Positions 42,630 to 53,635 are shown, counted from the stretch's first letter. The stretch is DNA of 64,000 nt from Patescibacteria group bacterium (GCA_041660005.1 JBAZXG010000004.1:5720-69719); one strand, 5' to 3'. The notes: a model not told the origin generated them from the letters alone. Made by a program: numbers and translations.

Positions 42630-45600
42630 TCAAGACTCTGCTTCTGGCTCCCGACGCCGAAACTGCAAGCGCTCCCAACGCTTCACAATGTCAGGTAGAC
42701 GCTGTGAATCTAAGGATTCAACAGCATCGGCAATAATCTGTATCTCGCCGTCCCTTTTTGATACCTTACCTGCCAAAAGCACGACATTGTCCGGCTCCCA
42801 AACAACTGGGTTCTTTTGATAAGTACTCGGAAATACAATGATTTCTGCACTGGTTTTTGCGTCAGAAACTTTGACAAAACACATGGGGTCGCCCTTCTTG
42901 GTCGTAATGCGTCGCACGGTCTCTATGACAACCCCGACACCAATAACGTCATCACTGCGATAATACTGTAAATGATCAAGAGGAACCGTGAAAGGTAAAA
43001 TGGCAGCGGAAAACTCCTGCAGGGGATGCTCAGTTACATAAAGCCCCAGTAACTCTTTTTCCCAGGTTAAGCACTGCTTGGCATCAGCCGCAGGTACCTC
43101 TTCCAGCGTCAAAGCAGAAGGCGCATTCACACTTGCTCCAAACAAAGTCGCCTGCCGACTAGCAGCTTCCGAAATGGCAGCACGGTTATAACGTAACAAG
43201 TTTTCTGAACTGGCGAGCAAGCTTTGACGTTCGCCCCACTCGTCAAGGCAACCCGATTTAATAAGACTTTCTAAAAAGCGTTTATTGAAATTCTTCGTTT
43301 TCATTCTGAGCAAAAAATCTGCCAAAGAAACAAACGGCCCGTTTTTTTTACGCTCCTCAATCAAAGCATGGGCAACATCTTCGCCCACATTTTTAATGGC
43401 CAAAAGTCCAAAACGAATATGATTTTCATCTAACCAAGTAAAATGTTCATGACTCTCGTTGACATTCGGTGGTAACACATCAATACCCATACGACGGCAC
43501 TCCTCAACAATTTCAGAAACCTTATCAAGATTGTTACTCTCTGCCCTGAGGACAGCCGTCATGTAAGCGCAGGGATAATTTGCTTTCAAATACGCCGTTT
43601 GGTAGGCAACAATGCCGTAGCTCGCCGCGTGTGCTTTGTTAAAACCGTAAGCGGCAAATGGTTCAATGAGCTTCCACAGCTCCTCTGCTTTGGGGCCGGC
43701 GAGGTTACTGGTGCGCATACAACCGCTAATAAAGCGCTCTTTCTCGGCAGCCATTGCTTTAGGAATTTTCTTACCCATAGCTTTTCGCAGTGCATCAACC
43801 TCTTCCCAACTGTAACCCGCAATCTCGATGGCAATCAAAAGCACATCGTCTTGGTAGGTTACGATGCCGTACGATCGATCAAGAATCGACTTCAGTCGCG
43901 GGTCAAGATACTGTACGCGGCGAGGATTATTTTTTCGTTCAATATACTCAGGAATATTACTCATGGGGCCAGGCCGGAAAAGTGCCACCATGGCCATGAT
44001 GTGGTGAATAGTGGTGGGACGAAGATCCTTTAGGTAACGGGTCATGCCGGATCCGGAAAGCTGAAAGAGGCCTACGGTTTCGCCTCGTGCCAATAGTTCA
44101 TACGTTTTTTTGTCGTCCAAGGGCAGGTTATCTAAAAATATATCTACACTATATATTTTTTTAATGAGCTTTACGGCACTACCTAAAATAGACAGGTTGC
44201 GGATGCCCAAAAAATCCATCTTCAGCACGCCAATATCCTCGACAGCGTGCATTTCATATTGGGTAATGATTTTTTCCCCACCAGCTTCACGCTGCAGTGG
44301 CATGTAGTCAACGAGCGGCCCTGGGGTAATCACGACACCTGCAGCATGAACTGAAGCGTGGCGCACACATCCTTCTACCTTGCGAGCGAGGTCGAGAAGC
44401 CGATTAACTTCCGGGTCAGTATCGTACATTTTCTTTAACTCCGGTTCTATGTCGAGGGCGTGGTCAATAGACATAGGAAAGCCCTGCGAACCGAAAGGAA
44501 TTGTTTTTGCCACCTTATCGCACAAAGAGTAAGCGTAACCCAGCACGCGTCCGATATCGCGCACTGCCGCCCGGGCTTGCAACGTTCCAAAGGTAACGAT
44601 TTGCGCAACCCTATCTTCACCGTATTTTTCTTTAACATAAGCGATAACCTCATCTCTTCGATCATCGGCAAAGTCCATATCGATGTCTGGTGGGGTCGGC
44701 CGCCATTCATTTAAAAACCGTTCAAATGGAAGCCGATAGGTCAACGGGTCAACCGTAGTAATACCTAAACTAAAAGCAACGAGAGACCCTGCGGCAGATC
44801 CGCGGGTTGTTGCCACAATCCCCTGCGCCCGCGACCAGTTAGCAAAATCAGCCACAACCAGAAAATACGTGGCGTATCCTTTTTTCTTAATAATATGCAA
44901 CTCATACTGAAGCCGCTCTTCAGCTTCAGAAGAAATTTCTCCAAATCGCTCCCGCAATCCCTGATAAGCGCTCTCCTCAAGGTACTCATCAGCGGTTTTT
45001 CCGGCAGGAATCTCAAACTGCGGGAATATCCAAGTACCTAACGTGAGTTCAACATTACAACGGTCGGCTATTTCAGCAGTGCGCAAAACTGCATCATGAT
45101 CATCGGGAAACGCCTTCATCATTTCTTCTTCACTTGCAAAATGCAGGTCGGTGCCGGTCATGTTCAGTCGCTTGGTATCACTAATGAGCTTGCCGGTCTG
45201 TACGCAAACGAGAGCGTCCTGCGCTTCGGCGTCGTCCGTGTCGAGATAATGACTGTCTTTTGTTGCGACTAACTGCACACCGGTCTCCTTTGCTAAACGC
45301 CGCAAACCCGTGTTTGCTTTTGCTTGTTCGGCTAATAAGGGGTGGCTCTGTATCTCCAGGTAAAAATTATGTTCACCGAAAATTGATCGATAAACCTCCA
45401 CGGTATTTTTAGCTGCCTCGTAATCGTCGCGCAGCAACGCCTGAGAAACCTCTCCTCCCAAACAACCAGAGAGCGCGATAATTCCCTTTGCATACGTACG
45501 CAGCACCTCGCGGTCAACACGGGGCTTATAGTAAAAACCCTCCAAATGAGCAATGGTAACGAGCTTTAAAATATTATGATAACCCTCCAAATTCTCTGCC

Positions 45601-45875
45601 AGCAACGTTAAATGAAATGCACTGTCGTCAATGCGTGGCCGTTTATCGGAAAGACGATTCGGCGCCACATATGCTTCAACGCCAATAATGGGCTTGATAC
45701 CCGCCTTTTTGGCGGTCTTATAAAATTCAACAACGCCATACAAAACCCCATGATCAGTTATGGCTAAGGCGTCCATACCAAGTTTTTTTGCACGCGCAAC
45801 TAATTCTGGAATTTTCGGCAATCCATCAAGCAAGCTGTAATGACTGTGCGTGTGGAGATGAATAAACCGCGGCAT
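42630..45875 (-). CDS. dnaE: DNA polymerase III alpha subunit
   Basis: HLHTHSHYSLLDG, RGSAAGS, PDIDMDF, KMDFLG, YGFNKAH. Confidence 0.97.
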   Translation of the reverse strand: MPRFIHLHTHSHYSLLDGLPKIPELVARAKKLGMDALAITDHGVLYGVVEFYKTAKKAGIKPIIGVEAYVAPNRLSDKRPRIDDSAFHLTLLAENLEGYHNILKLVTIAHLEGFYYKPRVDREVLRTYAKGIIALSGCLGGEVSQALLRDDYEAAKNTVEVYRSIFGEHNFYLEIQSHPLLAEQAKANTGLRRLAKETGVQLVATKDSHYLDTDDAEAQDALVCVQTGKLISDTKRLNMTGTDLHFASEEEMMKAFPDDHDAVLRTAEIADRCNVELTLGTWIFPQFEIPAGKTADEYLEESAYQGLRERFGEISSEAEERLQYELHIIKKKGYATYFLVVADFANWSRAQGIVATTRGSAAGSLVAFSLGITTVDPLTYRLPFERFLNEWRPTPPDIDMDFADDRRDEVIAYVKEKYGEDRVAQIVTFGTLQARAAVRDIGRVLGYAYSLCDKVAKTIPFGSQGFPMSIDHALDIEPELKKMYDTDPEVNRLLDLARKVEGCVRHASVHAAGVVITPGPLVDYMPLQREAGGEKIITQYEMHAVEDIGVLKMDFLGIRNLSILGSAVKLIKKIYSVDIFLDNLPLDDKKTYELLARGETVGLFQLSGSGMTRYLKDLRPTTIHHIMAMVALFRPGPMSNIPEYIERKNNPRRVQYLDPRLKSILDRSYGIVTYQDDVLLIAIEIAGYSWEEVDALRKAMGKKIPKAMAAEKERFISGCMRTSNLAGPKAEELWKLIEPFAAYGFNKAHAASYGIVAYQTAYLKANYPCAYMTAVLRAESNNLDKVSEIVEECRRMGIDVLPPNVNESHEHFTWLDENHIRFGLLAIKNVGEDVAHALIEERKKNGPFVSLADFLLRMKTKNFNKRFLESLIKSGCLDEWGERQSLLASSENLLRYNRAAISEAASRQATLFGASVNAPSALTLEEVPAADAKQCLTWEKELLGLYVTEHPLQEFSAAILPFTVPLDHLQYYRSDDVIGVGVVIETVRRITTKKGDPMCFVKVSDAKTSAEIIVFPSTYQKNPVVWEPDNVVLLAGKVSKRDGEIQIIADAVESLDSQRLPDIVKRWERLQFRRREPEAES

Positions 45876-45883
45876 AGCTATAA

Positions 45884-46045
45884 GAGCCTGCTCACAATCT
45901 CGCGGTACCCGTCCTGAAAATGCAGGTTTTTGAGTGAAAAACGAGACGGAGCGCGAAGCGTAATGGTGTTACGGTAAGTGCGAGACGAAGTTTTGTAGCC
46001 AAAAACATAGCATTTTAAGGGTGGGGGAAGATGTTGAACGGGCTC
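45884..46045. mobile_element. Putative MITE with imperfect terminal inverted repeats
   Basis: GAGCCTGCTCACAATCT ... AGATGTTGAACGGGCTC, flanked by TAA and TAG. Confidence 0.5.
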
Positions 46046-46107
46046 TAGGAGACGAAAACCCCGCTTTACGGGGCAAATGGCTTCCGTCAAATGACACGCC
46101 AAATGGT

Positions 46108-46425
46108 TCATGCTGACGTATTTTTCTTACCCTTTTTTGTGGTAGTGCGTCGTGAGAACGGTTCGCTCCGCGCCATCAAAAAAGTAGCCACCCTGCCGAC
46201 GCCGTCAACCAATAACTGTAGTGAAGAGCTGGCGTGCTCTGCCTTATCACCAATCAATTTTACAAAACGATCGATAGCGGCGACGCGATCACGAAAATCC
46301 TCAAAGGTTCGGTAAACACCTCTCAGCAGCATGGCAACATAGTAGAGAGACCAGGAAATAAAAATGGTCAGCCAAAGAACGCAAAATGCAATTACGATGT
46401 AAAGAATGTCACTGCTCGTATACAT
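46108..46425 (-). CDS. Small membrane protein with coiled region
   Basis: N-terminal TM; co-oriented after pheT. Confidence 0.7.
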   Translation of the reverse strand: MYTSSDILYIVIAFCVLWLTIFISWSLYYVAMLLRGVYRTFEDFRDRVAAIDRFVKLIGDKAEHASSSLQLLVDGVGRVATFLMARSEPFSRRTTTKKGKKNTSA

Positions 46426-46429
46426 AAAT

Positions 46430-48799
46430 TTATTGACGAATAATTATATTGCTCTTACTGAGTGCTTTGCCAATGCTCTCCTCAACCTCTTGAACTTCGG
46501 TAGCGTTTAACGTACGGTCAGCGGCTCGCAATGTCAGATGCAAACTGTAACTTTGCTTACCCTCCCCGAGTTGCGATCCTCGGTAAATATCAAAAAGCTC
46601 AACCCTTTCAAGGAGCGGCGAGGAGTGGCGCAGAAGATCTACAATGTCACTATAGCGAATGTCATCGGGCACCACAAGACTGATATCTCGTTTCACTTCG
46701 GGAAATTTTGGCAAAGCAATAAACGGCACCTGGCCGACTCTCGTTACGATTGGACCGACTAGTAGTTCAAACGCCGCAATCTGCGCCGTTACCCCCAATG
46801 GTTTCAGAAATGCAGGAGCAAGAATACCGAGAGAACCTACTTCCCGACCGTCGATCTCGACGACCACAGAAGCACCCTCGGCAAACGGATACGGCGCTCG
46901 TTCGCGAAACGTTACCGCAATGCCGTGTTCTTGTATAAGAGACTCGATAACTCCTCGAACAGCACGATATCTGTCTTCGGGTTTACCTGGTAAAATTACG
47001 ACACCGGAAAGACGAACTTCTTCGTGACGGTAGGAATCAATAATTTCTTTACTTTTTTTACCCGGTATATAGACCGTGGCCATTTCAAAAATTTTGAAAG
47101 CTTCGCGATTCGCAAGATTTTTTTCAACAATTTGAACAAGTGATGCCAAGAGGCTTGGTCGCATGTACACCAACTCATTGTTGAGCGGATTACTGATTTT
47201 AAGTGCCGCAAACTCCTTCACCTGAAGCGCGTCAAGCATTTTTTTACTGATGAGAGAGTAACTATAGGTCTCGGTGAAACCCATAGCGAGCAAATGCTCT
47301 TTGAGGCGCGTTTCGGTATCCAGTTGGTCGCCCCCGAGTCCCCTACTAATCACTGGCGGCGGTAGAAGACCGTCAATGTTGTGATACCCATAAAGACGCG
47401 CAACCTCCTCAACAAGATCCTCAGGGCCTGCAACATCGTGATCCCTCCAGTAAGGCACGCTCACCACAAACATCGTTCCACTCTTCTTCACACCAAAGCC
47501 AAGGCGACGAAGCAATTGATTCACAGTAGCCGCCGGAATAGTAATACCGAGAACACGGCTAATTTCAGAAAGAGGAAATTTAATCGTTAACGCGCGCTTA
47601 GCAGGACCCTTGAGGTCAAACATACTTCCTCGCTGTTTTCCGCCAGAGATGCTAAAGCAAAGATCAACAGCACGAGCAAGAGCAATTGGCGGCGCTTCGG
47701 TCGAAAGACCTTTTTCAAACAGTCGCGAAGCGTCGGAAGAAAGCTGAAGCAAACGGCTCGTTTTTCTGACCGTGATCGGATCCCAAGTTGCGGCCTCAAA
47801 TAGTACATTGGTCGTTTTGTTCGTAACCCCGCTCAGTTCTCCACCCATAATCCCGGCAATATCAACGGGTCCGTGATTGTCTGCATTAACGAGCTCTCCA
47901 CCATTCAAGGTATGTGTCCGACCGTCCAAGGTTAAAATACTTTCACCTTTTTTCGCACTACGAATGACCAGATCTCCTCTGAGCGCGTCGGCATCAAAAG
48001 CATGCAGTGGCTGACCAAACTCGAGCATCACATAATTTGTGATGTCTACAATACTATTAATGGGACGAACTCCTGCACGCATCAGCCGTTCTTGCATCCA
48101 GAATGGAGAGCTCCCAACTTTTACGCCGGCAACAAACGCGGCGCTAAAACGTTGACAGCGCTTACGGTCGAGGACGCGGATATGCAGTGGTAAGCTCCCC
48201 TTGCCCGCCGCACGAGAAACTTTGGGCAACTTTAAGGGCTTGCCTGTTATGGCACTCACTTCACGCGCCACACCAACGACAGAAGCAATGTCAGGTCGGT
48301 TGGTTGTTGGTTCGACTTCAAGAATATCATCCTCGGTTACTCCGTCAGCGGTTATCGGTTCTCCAAGACGCGCACCTGGATGCAGTACCAAAATAGTTCG
48401 ATCATGCTCCCGTAATCCTAGCTCGCTCGCGGCACAAAGCATTCCATCTGACTGAACGCCCCGCACACTACGAGACTCTATAACGACACCCCCGGGAAGC
48501 ACGGCGCCCGGTAAAGCCAACGGCACCTTTTGACCAACGGCTATGTTCGTTGCTCCGCACACAATTTGACGCACGCCACCGCGACCTGTTGTTACGGTAG
48601 CGATTTGTAACTTGTCCGCATTGCCATGGGGAACAATCTTAATAATTTCTGCAACAATCACTTTACTGAATTCATGGCGCGAGTGTTCGATGCGATCAAT
48701 TGAAACACCGTGCAAGGACAGCGTCGCCGCCAATGTTCTCGAATTTTTAGGAACGTTAACGTATTCCTTGAGCCAGCTGTAGGGTAACTTAAAAATCAT
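46430..48799 (-). CDS. pheT: Phenylalanyl-tRNA synthetase beta subunit
   Basis: HGNADKL, CGA.N, NRPD, VDITNYV, DLVEEVAR, FDIYRG. Confidence 0.96.
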   Translation of the reverse strand: MIFKLPYSWLKEYVNVPKNSRTLAATLSLHGVSIDRIEHSRHEFSKVIVAEIIKIVPHGNADKLQIATVTTGRGGVRQIVCGATNIAVGQKVPLALPGAVLPGGVVIESRSVRGVQSDGMLCAASELGLREHDRTILVLHPGARLGEPITADGVTEDDILEVEPTTNRPDIASVVGVAREVSAITGKPLKLPKVSRAAGKGSLPLHIRVLDRKRCQRFSAAFVAGVKVGSSPFWMQERLMRAGVRPINSIVDITNYVMLEFGQPLHAFDADALRGDLVIRSAKKGESILTLDGRTHTLNGGELVNADNHGPVDIAGIMGGELSGVTNKTTNVLFEAATWDPITVRKTSRLLQLSSDASRLFEKGLSTEAPPIALARAVDLCFSISGGKQRGSMFDLKGPAKRALTIKFPLSEISRVLGITIPAATVNQLLRRLGFGVKKSGTMFVVSVPYWRDHDVAGPEDLVEEVARLYGYHNIDGLLPPPVISRGLGGDQLDTETRLKEHLLAMGFTETYSYSLISKKMLDALQVKEFAALKISNPLNNELVYMRPSLLASLVQIVEKNLANREAFKIFEMATVYIPGKKSKEIIDSYRHEEVRLSGVVILPGKPEDRYRAVRGVIESLIQEHGIAVTFRERAPYPFAEGASVVVEIDGREVGSLGILAPAFLKPLGVTAQIAAFELLVGPIVTRVGQVPFIALPKFPEVKRDISLVVPDDIRYSDIVDLLRHSSPLLERVELFDIYRGSQLGEGKQSYSLHLTLRAADRTLNATEVQEVEESIGKALSKSNIIIRQ

Positions 48800-48814
48800 A
48801 AAATCATGCAGTCG

Positions 48815-49831
48815 CTAAAACTGCTCAAGGAAACGTAAATCGTTTTCATAAAGAATACGAATGTCCGGAATATTGAGACCCGCGCGCATAAGCATGGTGC
48901 GTTCGACTCCCCATCCAAAAGCCAGACCGGTAACTTTTTTCGGGTTCAGCTTTGCCGCTGCTATGACATTAGGGTGGAGCATGCCTGCTCCGCCAAGTTC
49001 AACCCACCCCTGTTTACATAGTCGACACCCTTTACCATTGCAGACACCGCAACTGATATCGACTTCAAAACTCGGTTCAGTAAAACGGAAATGAAAAGGA
49101 CGAAGACGAACTTCGCGATCTACACCAAAGTATGTTTTCACAAAATATTCTAGTACGCCCTTCAAGTGACGAAAGGTCACCCCTTCAGCCGCGTACACGC
49201 CATCAAACTGATGAAAGACCGGCGTATGTGAGGCGTCCGACTGACGCCGATAACACTTTTGAATATTAATGAAGCGCACCGGTAAAGGTGACAGGGCGAG
49301 CGAGCGAGCAGTACCTGATGTACCGTGCGGCGTCAAAACAAAACGGTAGTTTCCCTCTAGCTTCGCGTCCATAAAGAACGTCTCCCACTCGTCGCGAGCA
49401 GGATGGTCAGCCGGCATATTCAGCGCCTCAAACGGATAGAACTCGGTCTCAATGTCCGGATGACGAACGCGCGTAAAACCAATTTCTCGAAAAATTCTAG
49501 CAATGTCTTCAATGGCTTTCGTCACTAAATGAAGATGACCAGTTTCGATTTCTATGCCGGGCAAGGTTGTATCAAGACGTAGGACCTCACCCACAACATT
49601 TTCTTCCGCTTCTGCTAAAGCTTTGTCAATCTCCACGCGCGCCTTATTGGCGGCACTGCCAATCTGAGGACGTTCTTTCGGCGCCACATTTTTGACTCCA
49701 CGCAATAACTGGGTCAATTTGCCTTGCCGACCAAGGTAACGTAAACGCACCTGCTCAACCGCTTCACTAGAATGCGCCCCGGCAATAGCAGTTTTTGCTT
49801 CGGCGAGTAATGCCTTAATGGCTTCCATCAT
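48815..49831 (-). CDS. pheS: Phenylalanyl-tRNA synthetase alpha subunit
   Basis: HPARD, HTPVFHQ, F.FTEPS.E, AFGWGVER. Confidence 0.96.
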   Translation of the reverse strand: MMEAIKALLAEAKTAIAGAHSSEAVEQVRLRYLGRQGKLTQLLRGVKNVAPKERPQIGSAANKARVEIDKALAEAEENVVGEVLRLDTTLPGIEIETGHLHLVTKAIEDIARIFREIGFTRVRHPDIETEFYPFEALNMPADHPARDEWETFFMDAKLEGNYRFVLTPHGTSGTARSLALSPLPVRFINIQKCYRRQSDASHTPVFHQFDGVYAAEGVTFRHLKGVLEYFVKTYFGVDREVRLRPFHFRFTEPSFEVDISCGVCNGKGCRLCKQGWVELGGAGMLHPNVIAAAKLNPKKVTGLAFGWGVERTMLMRAGLNIPDIRILYENDLRFLEQF

Positions 49832-50217
49832 AAACGACGACCCCTCTGCTGGTAAGCAAGCACGGCAAATTCAAGAAAGGTGAGAGCGATAATTAAAAAA
49901 ACCATGTTCCACCAGGTTAGCAACTGTTTGCTCTGAAGAAATAACGCAGCCACAACTAAAAACGAAAAAGAAAATGCCTGACGAAAAGAAATAGTTACTT
50001 GCTGGTAAATAAGCTCATTTTTTAAAATGTAGTGGCGCAAAACTAGCCCCAGAAGAGAAAATGAACCAGTGAGCGCCAGATAGAGAGCAAGGTAAAAAAC
50101 GGTAAAGCCCAACCAGCCAGCGGTCGCCGGATCAAGAAAAAAAATAACCAATACCCAAGCACCCCAGGTGAGTAACGTCCCAAGTGCCATTAAAAAAACG
50201 TACTGTCTAAGTGTCAT
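49828..50217 (-). CDS. Four-TM hypothetical membrane protein
   Basis: Four hydrophobic segments; stop overlaps pheS start. Confidence 0.75.
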   Translation of the reverse strand: MTLRQYVFLMALGTLLTWGAWVLVIFFLDPATAGWLGFTVFYLALYLALTGSFSLLGLVLRHYILKNELIYQQVTISFRQAFSFSFLVVAALFLQSKQLLTWWNMVFLIIALTFLEFAVLAYQQRGRRL

Positions 50218-50281
50218 AATGTAATTTTCTCTATAGATACAGTACCAGAATACTGAGGCAAACTCAACGTCTTTAGCTTTT

Positions 50282-50608
50282 TTAGTATCGCTTCGACCAG
50301 CTATCTTCTCTCGCCATTGGCCGCACCCGTATTCTTACAATACCCTGATTGGGAAACGTGCTGCGGAGTGCCTCTAGGAGCGCTTCCGAACGCATTTTCA
50401 CTTCCTGTCCAACGGTGGGGTTAGCAGCGCCAATGGTCAACGTTCCCAATTTATACGAAATGACGCGTATATCTGCCGGATGCAAGTCAGAAAGTATTTG
50501 ACGCATCAGTGGTTCAGCATTTTCAACAACAACGGCTGCGCTCACAACACGCTCAGCCCCGGTACGGTTGAGAGCGCTCTGTAAAAAGTCTGCAATGGGT
50601 TTAAGCAT
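50282..50608 (-). CDS. DciA/DUF721-like protein
   Basis: G.LTI......QE.KM....L pattern, about 100 aa. Confidence 0.55.
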   Translation of the reverse strand: MLKPIADFLQSALNRTGAERVVSAAVVVENAEPLMRQILSDLHPADIRVISYKLGTLTIGAANPTVGQEVKMRSEALLEALRSTFPNQGIVRIRVRPMAREDSWSKRY

Positions 50609-50611
50609 AGT

Positions 50612-53569
50612 TTACGCCTCCGAAAAGGGACAAATATCTTTAAAGTCGCAATGACTACAATTTTGCTTTGACGGTTTCGCTGGAAATTTACCCGTCTGAA
50701 TTGCCGCTACGGTCGTCTTAACTTTCTCTTCAAGCTTTTGCAAATCGTCCGTTGAGCCCTTAAACGACAACGCCTTATTCTCGTTGAGGTAGTAAAAGGT
50801 AAGCTGCATCGGATCATCCCCCCAGATACGCTCTGCTGCCAGCTGGTAAATAAGGAGCTGATCCTTGTCCACTTCAGCAAGACTCCCAGGAACACGACCT
50901 GTTTTGTAGTCGATAATTTCAATGCCGCCCACAACAGCGTCGATACGGTCAATTTTACCACGAAGGGTGTAAGGTCCAATCTTTAAGGTGAATCCCTTTT
51001 CAACCGCTTGCGTCTTCGGCCACTTGCCATCATGCAACGCATAAAATGCTTTCAGAGACTCTTTGCCACGCGCGAAGTACTCATCGTGTATTTTTCGACT
51101 TGGATACCACTCATCAATCCATGCTTCTTCAAAGAGTTTGAGCAAATCCTGAAGTGTCGGAATGGCTATTACTGTCTCTGTCTTTCCATTGGGAAATAAC
51201 TGCACCTGCTCACGCGACTCTGCGTCGATTACGCGCTGAAAAAAACGCTCCAGCGTAAAGTGCATGGACTGCCCAAAACTAAAGGTATGCCGACCCCATA
51301 CCGGCACCTTCAAAACATGTGCATAACGATACTGCAGCGGACACGTTTCATAAGCTTTTAATGCAGTAAAACTAAAATGCTCAGGTATTGGCTGAGGGAA
51401 AACCTCGGGCCAGCGCTCGTCCACCGCAGCTACCGGGAATGCTTGGGCAGTAGCCACGTGCGTGATGGTACTCAAAGGAATATTGAGTTCAACCAGAAAA
51501 CGAGAAATTTTTTTCTTGCGCGCCCCTCCGTAATCTTCAGCTGACGTTAAATACAAACCCTGTTTAGCGCGCGTCATAGCTACATAGAAAAGTCGTCGCT
51601 CTTCTTCCAAGTGCACATCCCCTTCTGGAAGTATTTCTTTTAAGAGCGCCTCAGGCAACACAATGGGCTCACTGCGTTCAGTTGACGGGAAACGACGGTC
51701 AACGAGGCCGACAATGAATACGTGTGCAAATTCCAACCCTTTTGCAGCATGCACGGTCATCACTTTTACAACATCGGGTCCAAGCTCTGGATCAACGTTG
51801 AGGACGCCTGTTTCGCCAGATTCCATTTCGTACGCCATGGTCTCCATAAAATCACGCAACCGTGGATCACTCTGTGTTGCTTCCCAATGTCTGATGCGCT
51901 CATAAAACTGATTGAGATAATTGAAATTGATACGGGCACTCTCTTCTCCGGCAGCTTCGATAGCTTTGGTGTAGCCAATATCGGTTAAAACTTTGACCAA
52001 CAACTCGCTCGGGCGCCGCGTACGCGTCATCTCACTATGGTTCCGAACAAAAAATAAAATACGTTCAACAGCTTTAAGTCCTGCGGCACTCATGAGCGGC
52101 ACCAAACGTGCTTTGTCTAAGGCCTCAAAAAGCGAAATTGATTTCATTTTTGCATAGTGGCTGAGTTGAATGGCATCTTCTCCTGATAATTTCCAAAGTG
52201 AAAAACTGAGAACGCGCCATAAGCTCGGACTTTCGTGGTAATTATCAAGAAGACGTAAATAGCACAAAGTGTCCACGATAACCGGAGTTTTATAAAGACC
52301 CCTATTGGAAAATGAATGGTAGGGTATGCCGGCACGGGCAAGAACATCGCTAAAGGCGCCCGCTTGGTCGTTCGAGCGAGCCAAAATGGCCATGTCCCCC
52401 CAATTAATCTTTTTTTTCTGATGCAGGTCCGTAATTTTTTGCGCTACCAGCGCCTCTTCGTCGGCCAAGGTGGCACCATGCAAATGCACAATCTCCCCTT
52501 TTTCTTTTTGTACGGCCAATAATTTTTTATTGAGAGCCTGGCCGTCAATAATGGTTAATTGATGCTCGAGACGATTAGGATCATTCTGACGAATGAATGC
52601 ATAGGCGGCATCCAGAATGGATTGTCCAGAACGGTAATTTTGTACGAGAACGACGCTGGCAGCCGCGCTAAAATCTTTTCTGAACTGCAAGATGTTACTC
52701 ATAGAAGCACCGCGGAATCGGTAAATAGCTTGGTCGTCGTCACCGACAACCGTTAAGTTTTTCTTGTCGCCCGCGAGCAGTTTAACAAGTTCGTACTGCG
52801 CCCAGTTTGTATCTTGAAATTCGTCAACGAGAATATAGCGAAATTGCTTTTGGTAATCTTCCAAAATATCCGGTCGAGTGCGCAGTAAACGCAGGGTGTA
52901 AACGATGAGATCTCCAAAATCAAGCGCGTTATGCTCCAACAAAAGCTGCTGGTAAACGTGATAAGCGTTCGCTACCTCTTGAAGACGCGCCGCTTCGTCA
53001 TCGTCCGTCGTCTTTTTCTTGCGCTTCGCTTTACCGACGCGTTCGCTGTCTCTATTTAATACAGACTGCTCAGCAAAAGCCAGGTACTTTTCAGGATAAA
53101 TTTCCTCATCTTTCGCCCGCGAAAAATGACGAATAAGCGCATGCACAAACTTAACAGGATTCCCGAGCGGTCGGTAATAGTTTAACGAAAACCGATCTAA
53201 ATTTTTTCTGACCAGAAGCCACTGTTCTGTTTCGGTGAGCACTTTAAAATCATGCGGCACACCAATTGCTAGCGCGTGGCGTTCAAGTATGCGCTGGCAA
53301 AAAGAATGAAATGTTGAAACCCAAAGATCGGTATAGCCATAGGGCAGTAATTTATCAACCCGCTCTTCTATTTCACCTGCGGCCTTGTCGGTAAACGTGA
53401 GCGCTAAAATCTCGTCTGGCTTAACCTTCTTCGTATCAATAAGCCAGGCAAGGCGCCTCGTAATAACCGTGGTCTTGCCGGTACCGGCACCCGCAACAAT
53501 CAAAAGCGGTCCATCTGCGTGTGTTACTGCTATCCGTTGCTCTTCGTTTAAGCCCTGCAAAGTGTCCAT
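50612..53569 (-). CDS. UvrD/PcrA-type helicase fused to PD-(D/E)XK nuclease
   Basis: AGAGTGKT, VDEFQD, QNYRS, EERRLFYVAMTRA; C-terminal CP, G.IDRID, IIDYKTG, CSHC...C; start at ATG 53569. Confidence 0.92.
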   Translation of the reverse strand: MDTLQGLNEEQRIAVTHADGPLLIVAGAGTGKTTVITRRLAWLIDTKKVKPDEILALTFTDKAAGEIEERVDKLLPYGYTDLWVSTFHSFCQRILERHALAIGVPHDFKVLTETEQWLLVRKNLDRFSLNYYRPLGNPVKFVHALIRHFSRAKDEEIYPEKYLAFAEQSVLNRDSERVGKAKRKKKTTDDDEAARLQEVANAYHVYQQLLLEHNALDFGDLIVYTLRLLRTRPDILEDYQKQFRYILVDEFQDTNWAQYELVKLLAGDKKNLTVVGDDDQAIYRFRGASMSNILQFRKDFSAAASVVLVQNYRSGQSILDAAYAFIRQNDPNRLEHQLTIIDGQALNKKLLAVQKEKGEIVHLHGATLADEEALVAQKITDLHQKKKINWGDMAILARSNDQAGAFSDVLARAGIPYHSFSNRGLYKTPVIVDTLCYLRLLDNYHESPSLWRVLSFSLWKLSGEDAIQLSHYAKMKSISLFEALDKARLVPLMSAAGLKAVERILFFVRNHSEMTRTRRPSELLVKVLTDIGYTKAIEAAGEESARINFNYLNQFYERIRHWEATQSDPRLRDFMETMAYEMESGETGVLNVDPELGPDVVKVMTVHAAKGLEFAHVFIVGLVDRRFPSTERSEPIVLPEALLKEILPEGDVHLEEERRLFYVAMTRAKQGLYLTSAEDYGGARKKKISRFLVELNIPLSTITHVATAQAFPVAAVDERWPEVFPQPIPEHFSFTALKAYETCPLQYRYAHVLKVPVWGRHTFSFGQSMHFTLERFFQRVIDAESREQVQLFPNGKTETVIAIPTLQDLLKLFEEAWIDEWYPSRKIHDEYFARGKESLKAFYALHDGKWPKTQAVEKGFTLKIGPYTLRGKIDRIDAVVGGIEIIDYKTGRVPGSLAEVDKDQLLIYQLAAERIWGDDPMQLTFYYLNENKALSFKGSTDDLQKLEEKVKTTVAAIQTGKFPAKPSKQNCSHCDFKDICPFSEA

Positions 53570-53591
53570 ATTGAAATAGTATAGCATTATT

Positions 53592-53635
53592 GAAAAATGA
53601 TGCCCGGCGTCGCTCTTGGTGAGCGAGCGCCGGGC
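53592..53635 (-). terminator. Long 3' hairpin of islet 5
   Basis: GCCCGGCG.TCGCTC-ACCAA-GAGCGA.CGCCGGGC then ATCATTTTT. Confidence 0.7.
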
